From contig OZ243938.1 of assembly GCA_965214095.1 (NCBI GenBank), forward strand, positions 2,880,001 to 2,944,000: 64,000 bases of DNA. Direction: 5' to 3'. The stretch comes from Candidatus Poribacteria bacterium (GTDB taxonomy: Bacteria; Poribacteria; WGA-4E; WGA-3G). Positions within the stretch are counted from its first letter, which is position 1; each line of letters starts with the position of its first letter. The notes below the pieces were generated by a model. That model searched no databases. It saw only the letters and a list, made by a program, of their open reading frames with translations, and had not been told where the DNA came from. Shown one piece after another: positions 21,672-29,522 of the stretch. The translations under genes and the position numbers were made by a program.

Positions 21672-22382
21672 TCAACGTCTGGGGAACCGCCATAATGAAA
21701 TACGGATATTTGCACCTGTACACTTTGTAGTTTTGAATGTATCCTCAGAGGTAGGTGTATTGTATGAATCCAGGACATAATTGATACCCGTGGCATCATC
21801 AATCCGTTTCGCAATTTTTCTCACTTCTGAGATAGGTATATTGGCTTCGGTAGATTTCTCTAATCTAAATCCACGATGAAACAATTTTACCTTGATGTTT
21901 TTCTCATTTAATTTTGTCTCAAAGTAATTCGTTACTTTTTTAAGTGCTTCAAGTAGTCCCTCAGTGTCCTGTTTTTTCTCTAATCTAAATCCACCGTGTA
22001 GAATTTTAACTGGATAACGCGTTGTGTCATTCTTATCCAATGAAACTAATCGAAAACCTTGATTAGTATTGCAGATAGGTAATTTCTGTTCTGCTATGAT
22101 GGATTCAATAAGTGCTTCTACCTTAAATGAATCCAACAATTCAATCGTAACTGCGTCAGGATCGGTTTTGGAATAGAATTCCATGATATCTTCTCTACCC
22201 GGATGACGCGTGTAAAACTTTCCGTCTTTGTTCCATTGATGGATTACATCTTTGATGCGACCTTCTGTCGTATTATCAGATGTAGAGGGATTTTGAGATG
22301 GAACTATATCAATTAATTCCATCGGAATCCCTTCCTGAACAATTAAGGTCTTTAGCAATTCCTTGACATCATTCGGTGTCAT
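21672..22382 (-). CDS. Hypothetical protein, divergent 'MTPNDVK' paralog 1 (236 aa)
   Basis: RBS AGGAG; IIAEQKLP, HGGFRLEK/HRGFRLEK and ISEVRKIA.RI...TGI.Y. Confidence 0.8.
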   Translation of the reverse strand: MTPNDVKELLKTLIVQEGIPMELIDIVPSQNPSTSDNTTEGRIKDVIHQWNKDGKFYTRHPGREDIMEFYSKTDPDAVTIELLDSFKVEALIESIIAEQKLPICNTNQGFRLVSLDKNDTTRYPVKILHGGFRLEKKQDTEGLLEALKKVTNYFETKLNEKNIKVKLFHRGFRLEKSTEANIPISEVRKIAKRIDDATGINYVLDSYNTPTSEDTFKTTKCTGANIRISLWRFPRR

Positions 22383-22400
22383 GTGCGTGCTCCTTTTAGA

Positions 22401-22432
22401 GTAAGAATGTAATTCGATTGAAAAGGTTACAT
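22401..22432 (-). promoter_or_regulatory. Candidate ECF sigma promoter upstream of the paralog array
   Basis: Minus strand ATGTAACCTTT...TACATTCTTAC (TGTAAC-N16-CATTCT); same motif and spacing as 23309-23340. Confidence 0.7.
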
Positions 22433-22439
22433 CATAATC

Positions 22440-23054
22440 TCATTTTGTTTTCTGCGTTGCCTCTTTCCTAAAAATATTATCAAAATCACCGGGATATTCT
22501 TCCTTCATCCAAGCGACAACTTTTTTCTTGGCACGATGCAAGCGAACTTTCGTTGCCGACACTGTTATTTCCAGCTTTTTTGCTATTTCTTCCAAAGTCA
22601 TTTTGGGATTGGCGAGTTTCAATTCAAACACATCCTGTTCGGAAATTGGTAGTCGTTGTGACAGGGCATAGACAATCTCCATCTGTTCTTTTGCGATGAG
22701 GCGATAGATTGGTGAACGATGCTCAAGGTCTACCAAATATGCTTCTGGATTTCCTTCAATTGAACCGATTTCAAGTTTTCTCTGCTCTTTACGGAAGTGT
22801 GCTGCAATGAGTTGATGCGCGATGCTATACAACCAACTGGAAAAACTTTTGGGATTCCGAAGTGTGCTGAGATTCTGATGCACCTTAATAAATGTCTCTT
22901 GTACAAGGTCTTGCGCGGTTTCCCAATTGCCAACCCGTCTATAGAAGAAACTGAGAAGTGGACCTTCGTAACGGTGATAAAGGATTTCAAATGCTCCATC
23001 ATCATCAACGTCTAAATTTTGATGTACCAATTCTTCATCGTGGTAATCTTCCAT
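22440..23054 (-). CDS. ECF-type sigma-70 factor
   Basis: Region 2 (AFEILYHRY...AQDLVQETFIKV...FSSWLYSIA) and region 4 HTH (TLEEIAKKLEITVSATKVRLHRAKK); 204 aa with no long extension. Confidence 0.93.
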   Translation of the reverse strand: MEDYHDEELVHQNLDVDDDGAFEILYHRYEGPLLSFFYRRVGNWETAQDLVQETFIKVHQNLSTLRNPKSFSSWLYSIAHQLIAAHFRKEQRKLEIGSIEGNPEAYLVDLEHRSPIYRLIAKEQMEIVYALSQRLPISEQDVFELKLANPKMTLEEIAKKLEITVSATKVRLHRAKKKVVAWMKEEYPGDFDNIFRKEATQKTK

Positions 23055-23161
23055 AACATCACACCTATTGGGCTGTTAATCTAAAAATCGGGAATCGGAG
23101 TTCCCACCTGCAATACACAAGAGTCTGTAGGAGCGATCTCCGAATCGCAACCTACTACTGT

Positions 23162-23264
23162 TGTAGTGAATTATAAATATAAGTTGACACTTTCGCCCCA
23201 CGGTAGGCGAGGTTTCCTAACCTCGCCGATGCAGAGTGTTCAAGTAATTTCAAAATCTACTATA
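23162..23264 (+). mobile_element. Family E 103-bp MITE in the putative 5' leader of the ECF sigma gene
   Basis: Two differences from 9484-9586. Confidence 0.85.
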
Positions 23265-23308
23265 ATGAGACACATGCTTATTGTAAAGTTAGCAAAATGA
23301 TTTTATAT

Positions 23309-23340
23309 GTAAGAATGTATATCGGATAGAAAGGTTACAT
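23309..23340 (-). promoter_or_regulatory. Candidate autoregulatory ECF sigma promoter
   Basis: Minus strand ATGTAACCTTTCTATCCGATATACATTCTTAC. Confidence 0.7.
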
Positions 23341-23395
23341 ATTTGCGATAAATTTTAACAGAGTTCAGACAAAAATCCGCTATTCAGAAAATATC

Positions 23396-23424
23396 TTGCA
23401 TTTTCAAACAAAATAGGATATATT
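23396..23424 (+). promoter_or_regulatory. sigma70-type promoter
   Basis: TTGCAT-N17-TATATT about 30 nt upstream of ATG 23456. Confidence 0.5.
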
Positions 23425-23455
23425 AAACAACAGAAACACAAATCGGAAAACACGA

Positions 23456-24453
23456 ATGAAAGCAGTTTTTAAAATCATAATTATCCTACTCTCCCCTGCC
23501 TTGCCCACGCAGGTGTCGTCAAAACAATCTACTTCTATCCCAAAGACAGAACACCGCAGGCAGACATAAACGACACATTAGACTCCTATATGAAAACCGC
23601 CCAAGCCTTCTTCGCCACAGTGCAGGAAACCCACGGATACAATAGGAAAACCTTCACATTAGAAACGGGAGTAGACGGCAAAGTCTCTGTCACTCACTTT
23701 GAAGGCGCGTTTGACCTCGCTTGAAATCACAGACACAACTTTTCCAATCTCCATTTTGATGAGTTTGAGCAGAACCAACATAGGAATATGCTGATCGGAT
23801 TTGCGGGGTTTTCCTTGAAGTTGAGCAATCCTGAGGGTTTCTTAGTGGATGTCATCGGAAATCTGGATGGTGACCCCAGCACAAAGGATGAACCCGCTTG
23901 GCAGATGCCCAGTTGGCACTGCGACGAACAGTGCGCGCACTTCGTTGATGCGGCGTTATGCGACTGAGACGCTCCTGCCGTTGGATGGCACTGACCTCAA
24001 CAGTTGGAGACGCACTGCCGATTTTCCGTTAGCGGTTAGAACATACTGGGGCAGCGCAACCGACATCGGCAATCCCGGCTATAGAGGCAGCGGCACCTTA
24101 CCCGTCACCCTCTCCACCTTCCGTGCCGATCTCACCCACAAAGGCGCGATACTGTCGTGGACAACGGAATCGGAGATTGACAACGCAGGGTTCCATATCC
24201 TCCGCAGTGAGACGCGAGACGGCGTATTCAAAGTCATTACATCCAAGTTGATTCAAGGTGCAGGCACTACCGCTAAACGCAGCAGTTACACGTGGACAGA
24301 CACCACTATCCGTCCCAACACGCGGTATTATTATCGGATAGAGGATGTGTCATTTGCAGGTATTCGGCAAGTATCTGGGAGTGTTAGGTTGCGGGGTTTT
24401 GTCAGTCCGAGTGAAGGGATCTCACCTCATGGGCAGCAATTAAACAGCGGTAA
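23456..24453 (+). pseudogene. Decayed secreted multidomain protein (signal peptide, N-terminal fragment, 'LPVTLSTFRA' C-terminal domain, sorting-like tail)
   Basis: Frameshift in the signal peptide; VVKTIYFYPKDRTPQ...FDLA*; the same frame resumes to GFSLKL...DVIGNLDG; frameshift at about 23910; tail LTSWAAIKQR* out of frame at 24421-24453. Confidence 0.7.
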
Positions 24454-24592
24454 GTCTCCGCTTGATTTCACCTCTTCATAGTAGTAGGCACGCTCCGCGT
24501 GCCGTTCTTACATTGTGCCGTTCTTACATTCAGCTCCAGCGGGGCAGCATGCGCGTGTAACATGCTGCATGAGGTGTATCAAATACACAACT

Positions 24593-25519
24593 TTACCGCA
24601 TCTTACCATCCTTAAACCGTGCAATAGCCCCGCGTTCAGCAAGTTCTGCTTTCGCATAATGTGCCGGCATCTGAGACGACTTCCACCGACCCGCCACCTG
24701 CATATCAACAACAGTCGCACCCGCAGAAGCAAGCGACATCGCAGAACCCACACGTAACGAATGCCCAGAAATAAACCCTTCAACGCCTGCATTTAATGCC
24801 CGTTTTTGAATGATACGTCGCGCAGAATGATCGTGCAACCTATTTTGCTGAATATGTCCACCACGGCGAATCTGCCTGAACAACGCACCGCTCTCAACAC
24901 CGCGCCCCTCAAGATATTTTGCCAGAATGATCCGTGTTCTATCACACACATACAGACTATCGCCGCGCCCCTCTTGGTCAGACTTTGATGTGTGAACTGT
25001 CAACGTCCTATCCCCCAAGTCTTCAACATCCACCGCCACCACCTCACTGATACGCAACAGGCAATCGCTCATCAGACGTATCATCCCAGAGTCTCGCAAG
25101 CCGGCAAGCGTGCCATCGGTTTCAGCCTGAATACAGACGCGTTCCACATCTTGCCAAATCAGACCATCCACCTGTCCGCGTCCCCTTGCTTTACCATCGC
25201 GTCGGATACCCGCCAAAGTTGCGTTTGTGATCGGCATCGCAAAATCCCCACCGACCTCGTGTTTCAACTGCCATTTCACTGCAGCTACCACCTGCGAAAT
25301 CGTTGATGGAGATTTCCCATTTTCGTGCAGTTCAGTCAGATACGCAGCCAGCAAACCATCGGACAACGTCTCACCTGCGGGTTTCCAATTTTCAATCGCT
25401 TGCAGTGCACGTTGATATGCCTTCTTCGTATTATCCGCAATACTGGAATGTATCAGATTTTTGATTTTCGGTCGTATTTCATCGATGGATGATTGTCGTT
25501 TCTCAAGAGCTGTTTCCAT
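24593..25519 (-). CDS. Tyrosine recombinase, Cre-like subgroup
   Basis: N-terminal core-binding domain (NTKKAY...SPSTISQVVAAV); catalytic LRISE, SKSDQ, GHSLRVG, AGRW (Trp as in Cre) and HYA. Confidence 0.92.
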   Translation of the reverse strand: METALEKRQSSIDEIRPKIKNLIHSSIADNTKKAYQRALQAIENWKPAGETLSDGLLAAYLTELHENGKSPSTISQVVAAVKWQLKHEVGGDFAMPITNATLAGIRRDGKARGRGQVDGLIWQDVERVCIQAETDGTLAGLRDSGMIRLMSDCLLRISEVVAVDVEDLGDRTLTVHTSKSDQEGRGDSLYVCDRTRIILAKYLEGRGVESGALFRQIRRGGHIQQNRLHDHSARRIIQKRALNAGVEGFISGHSLRVGSAMSLASAGATVVDMQVAGRWKSSQMPAHYAKAELAERGAIARFKDGKMR

Positions 25520-25536
25520 TTAAATCACCAAAGAAT

Positions 25537-25620
25537 AAACGTCAACTTGTGAATAGGAACTTTGGAGAGCCAAACTCATAATCCTGTCCATCTACCAATC
25601 CTGAAAATCCTGGTTCAGAC
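25537..25620 (-). repeat. Family A dispersed repeat (inverted)
   Basis: The reverse complement matches 37702-37785, including the GAGTTTGGCTCTCCAAAGTTCC interior. Confidence 0.85.
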
Positions 25621-25626
25621 AACCCG

Positions 25627-25914
25627 TCACGCAATGGGTGGCTTGCCCCTACGTTCAAACAATTCATTCAACGCATCTCCAAGGATCTCCTGAAGGTTCT
25701 TGTCCTCCTCCGCAGCAATCACGCGTAACTGCCGATGTACCTCTGGCGAAAAATATCCTGAGATATTCTTCTTCCCACGCCGTGAAGGTGCAACATTCTC
25801 CTTATGTTTCGTATCGTTAGACACAGACTCTATCGTTGTTGCAGAATCTGCAACCTGCTGTTGAACCTCATTATCCTTGATAACATCCGCCGGATTCACC
25901 TTCTTTTTAGACAT
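25627..25914 (-). CDS. Ribbon-helix-helix protein, probable ParG-like centromere-binding partner
   Basis: Low-complexity N-terminal half plus KNISGYFSPEVHRQLRVIAAEEDKNLQEILGDALNELF; directly downstream of the parA remnant; RBS AGGAGG. Confidence 0.75.
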   Translation of the reverse strand: MSKKKVNPADVIKDNEVQQQVADSATTIESVSNDTKHKENVAPSRRGKKNISGYFSPEVHRQLRVIAAEEDKNLQEILGDALNELFERRGKPPIA

Positions 25915-25966
25915 AATGTCCTCCTAAATCATCAAAAAGAAGGGTGCGGCATAACACCGCACCGCC

Positions 25967-26128
25967 TCATCTAACCAACCTACAACCCCATTTCGCGGCA
26001 CTTGACTGCGGGTCAAGGTCAAGCAAAACGGTCAAATGTCCTGCCGTCTCCGCTGCAACAGCGAGGTTCGTCGCAAGCGTTGTTTTCCCTGTTCCCCCTT
26101 TACGTGACAATATCGCAAGCGTCTTCAT
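25967..26128 (-). pseudogene. parA: Truncated ParA-family ATPase (53 aa)
   Basis: MKTLAILSRKGGTGKTTLATNLAVAA...VLLDLDPQSSAAKW contains the deviant Walker A and A' motifs; the homology ends at a GTAG-started sequence; RBS AAGGAG. Confidence 0.85.
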
Positions 26129-26143
26129 CAGTTCTCCTTATGT

Positions 26144-26224
26144 GTGGACATGTGAGCCGCGCTTAAATGTAACTAACGCTTGCATGAAAGGAGTAGTTAC
26201 ATGAAAGATATGCTTACATGAAAG
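26144..26224. repeat. Five 13-bp iterons at exact 17-bp spacing, putative parS/operator
   Basis: gtggacatgtgag (26144), gcttaaatgtaac (26161), gcttgcatgaaag (26178), agttacatgaaag (26195), gcttacatgaaag (26212). Confidence 0.7.
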
Positions 26225-26284
26225 CAACCTGTCAGATTCAGCCAATTCCCACGATAGGCAACACTTCCACAATAGGAAATCGCG

Positions 26285-27058
26285 CTATTTCATAAAACGC
26301 CATTTTAGGTTCGCCCAAGTCGTTGCCAACTTATCGCGCGGGGTTACAGAAAGCACTTTTTCAACCCCGATCTCCATCAACTCCTGTATTTCTTTTTGAG
26401 TACGTTCGATGTTAGAAATCCGCACATCATCCAATATACCATCAAGATATGGATTCGCACCGCGACCCAACCATACTACATTATCATTTGGGGCAATTTC
26501 CCCACCTATCTCCTTTTCGTTATCCAACTTACCATCAATATAAAGCTTACCGACACCAGTCTCCGAATCGTAAGTACCGGCAATATGTACCCATTTAGAA
26601 ATCGGTAAATCTACGTCACTCAAAACAGCCGCTCCCCCATTCGCTCTGGTGACTCTGAGTTCTGCTTTCCGATTGTCGCGGGGTCCTACTTTGTATGTTG
26701 ACCCTTTCGTGACACCAGTACCCCCGGAAACTGATTCTGCTCTCAAAAATAACCACATTTCCACGGTTACAGCTTCAACCAAATCAAGGGAGACATCGTC
26801 AGCGATTTCCACAAAATCTTCCTGTGCCTCACCACCGAAATCCAGACCACGACGAAATTTACCATTACGCCACTCAGCACCCATGATTTTGCCATCGTTT
26901 CCATTACCAGAAAGGTCTTTCACCACATCGCCATCAATGGATTCAAATGTATACAGAAGCACAGTGTGTCTATCTTGAGCAAAGGTTGGTTGGCTGATAA
27001 TACAGAAAAACAGTATCACTAGTATCAACCAATTTTTTATATCTATTAAGTTATACAT
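26285..27058 (-). CDS. Secreted LamG domain protein with C-terminal KLATTW tail
   Basis: Signal peptide; KDLSGNGNDG, WVHIAGTYD, LYIDG, GILDDVRIS; ends VTPRDKLATTWANLKWRFMK. Confidence 0.88.
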   Translation of the reverse strand: MYNLIDIKNWLILVILFFCIISQPTFAQDRHTVLLYTFESIDGDVVKDLSGNGNDGKIMGAEWRNGKFRRGLDFGGEAQEDFVEIADDVSLDLVEAVTVEMWLFLRAESVSGGTGVTKGSTYKVGPRDNRKAELRVTRANGGAAVLSDVDLPISKWVHIAGTYDSETGVGKLYIDGKLDNEKEIGGEIAPNDNVVWLGRGANPYLDGILDDVRISNIERTQKEIQELMEIGVEKVLSVTPRDKLATTWANLKWRFMK

Positions 27059-27235
27059 GGATAGTCTCCTTGTAGAACAATATGCTCTTGTTTGGTTCTG
27101 CAGTCTGCAGACAATTCCATCTTACAAAAGCTAATTCTGAATTTTATTAAAATGATACTCTTTCATAAGTTAACATTAAGTCACACTTTTATCAAGTAAA
27201 TACATGTGAATAAAGTGTGTAAAGTTCTTGCACCA

Positions 27236-28214
27236 TCAACAATAGTTTATCAGGTGATAAATGTCGTTTATACTATTATTTATTGGTGTAGCGGTCAGTA
27301 GATAGAGTGCTTTTTCTTTGGCAATATCCATCAATAACTTACCACGGTTGGAGCTTGCATTCCGAAAATGGTGTGCTTCATCTATGAGAATTACATCTAC
27401 CCGTTCCTGAAAATGCTCAAGATCATCTTCACTGATACCTCCCTTACGACCAAAGTCTGTATGCAGTTTATGATCGTAGTGATCTCTAAGCAAACGTCTA
27501 TATTTTGACTTTTTGGTATTGTGAGAGTGTTTGGTAAATTACGGATTCGTTTTCTTCCCAATCGTCAGCAGGTTTTTCGCGTCCTTCAAAATATGCGTGA
27601 AGTGCTTTTGCATAGATAGTAAAAGGCGGATGTTTTTTGAGGTGTCGTTCAATAGTGCGTAGCAGCTCTGCTTTAACTTCGGTTCCTTCCTCCCAACGTT
27701 CCTCGTACCATTTACGAAGTTTTCCAATATGTGTGTCATCGGTAATGAAAGTGTTTAATTCGACGTTTTAGGTAAGACCAGGTGTAGTAAAGTTTGAACT
27801 ACCGACGGTAGAAAAATTGACAGGACTTGAAGGTTCGGCTTGCATCAAATTGAGTTTTGCATGGAATTTTGCATTGTCATATATGCGAATCAGGATTCTT
27901 CCACGTCGAATTGCAGTGCGAACATCCGCAAGTCCTTGTAGGGTATCATCCTTTTCTTTTACGGATTCTAAGTTTTCCTCGGTAACTTTTTGCAATGCTT
28001 CAATAAGATGTTCCTTTGTCCGCCTTGACGTTTCGTCTCCCATAATGATTAGAATCCCGTCAAGGTGTTGCCACGTTTTTCCGAGTGATAAGAACGCACC
28101 GATTTCAAATGTACCTGTCGCTATATCTAAGTTGACACTTTTCAATATAAGGGTTTCAAGGACTTTTAGGAGTGTATTATCATTTACATTATCAATTATT
28201 GTTGGTATCTGCAT
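27236..28214 (-). pseudogene. Decayed phospholipase-D-like nuclease/SNF2 helicase fusion
   Basis: FHAK...GSSNFT PLD motif; in-frame TAA (PGLT*NVELN) with the frame continuing to YQK; then, after a deletion removing motif I, DEAHHFRN and LTATPINN; 3' truncated. Confidence 0.85.
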
Positions 28215-28277
28215 GCACATCTCACTTTTTGTATAGTTTATTTAGTAAATCATACAAAATGAAATTTGTTAAGCAAT

Positions 28278-29480
28278 TTATTGGGTGTGTATGTAAGCAT
28301 CCAACAAACCCGTATCAATATCCACACCGAAACCAGGAGCATCCTTGACTGTGAAAAACCCATCACGAGGAGAAGGACGTAAAAGACGATACAACTCGTT
28401 TTCAACATCATTACGGGAGGGACCAAATGTCTCCGCCATACACGGCATCGGTAGGCATGCCGTGAGATGCAACCCCCACGGTGTGCCTGCTTGATGCAGC
28501 CACGTCGGTATGTGCTGATCGGCAGCTTCGCGGGCAATACGCAAGCATTCTGTAAATCCACCTGCCCAACTCACATCCGGTTGAATCATGTCGGCTGCAT
28601 TCCATCGTAGCAGTTCACGGAAGCCGTACCGTGTGAATTCATGTTCACCAGAGACAATCCATGTCGGATCAATTTCTTTCACTAACTGTGCCATACCAGC
28701 ATAATCGTCAAGCGGTATCGGTTCCTCAATCCATTTGAGATTGAGATCAGCGGTTTCGTTAGCGAAACGGAGGGTGTAGTCTACATCCCAACGGAGATAG
28801 ATGTCTGTCATGAGTTCTACATTGGAACCGATGACATGACGTGCTGTGTGTATCATCTCAAGATTTTGATGGAAACCATCTTCGCCTTCAGCGAGACCGT
28901 TTCTCAGTGGGAGTTTGCAGGCAGTGAACCCGTTCTCAGCATAATAGCCAATATCTGCGCCTGTTGCATACGCAGGTATTTGAAGCAGCGGTGTATCTGT
29001 GAAAAGACTAAAAACAGGTGCATCTAATATCTTTCCACATAGGTCTACGAGGGCAAGTTCTATCCCGCTTAATGCATAGATGACGAGTCCGCGCCGTCCA
29101 TAAATTGAGGTGACGTGATATAGGTGTTCCCAAATATCCTCTACATCAAATGGGTCGCGTCCGAGCACAAAGTGTTGCAGATGTTTGTCAATAATCATTG
29201 CCCCTGCAAGTCCTCCGCCACCAAGACCGTATCCTTTGAGACCTTTATCAGTTGTAATCTCTACGATGAGCGCGCCTGCTTGTGCTGCAAAAGGTCCACG
29301 CCAATCTACATGGGCATTCTTGGGAGTTGTTTGTCTCGGTATTTCACCTTTGGCAAAGCCGAGAGTCGGCATAGCACGCGGGTTTAGGTTGACGTTCCAA
29401 GTGCGGATACCTGCTACTACGTGCTGTGTTGTAGCACGTGTTTTCCATTCTGTGCTAAGAGTGTTTTCGTTGTTCTGCAT
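28278..29480 (-). CDS. Mandelate racemase/enolase-superfamily sugar-acid dehydratase (L-rhamnonate dehydratase-like)
   Basis: YGRRG..IYALSGIELAL.DL.GK, PAYATG, KLPL, metal ligands D, E (WIEEP) and E (SGEHEFTRYGF), QPDVSW.GG. Confidence 0.85.
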   Translation of the reverse strand: MQNNENTLSTEWKTRATTQHVVAGIRTWNVNLNPRAMPTLGFAKGEIPRQTTPKNAHVDWRGPFAAQAGALIVEITTDKGLKGYGLGGGGLAGAMIIDKHLQHFVLGRDPFDVEDIWEHLYHVTSIYGRRGLVIYALSGIELALVDLCGKILDAPVFSLFTDTPLLQIPAYATGADIGYYAENGFTACKLPLRNGLAEGEDGFHQNLEMIHTARHVIGSNVELMTDIYLRWDVDYTLRFANETADLNLKWIEEPIPLDDYAGMAQLVKEIDPTWIVSGEHEFTRYGFRELLRWNAADMIQPDVSWAGGFTECLRIAREAADQHIPTWLHQAGTPWGLHLTACLPMPCMAETFGPSRNDVENELYRLLRPSPRDGFFTVKDAPGFGVDIDTGLLDAYIHTQ

Positions 29481-29522
29481 AATTTTTCCCTATAGCTCGT
29501 ATATAGTGGTTAATCTCGAAAA

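Noticed and set aside
23722-23724. TGA read-through or selenocysteine
   Set aside because: The surrounding sequence has several frameshifts and looks like a deletion junction; TGA is a normal stop elsewhere in the window.
24593-26128. Prophage or integron
   Set aside because: No phage structural genes or attC-like cassette array are present, and the recombinase is Cre-like without an IntI-type insertion.
27539-27739. 66-aa ORF from the track as a real gene
   Set aside because: Wrong frame; the meaningful frame is the continuation of the PLD-helicase after its premature TAA.
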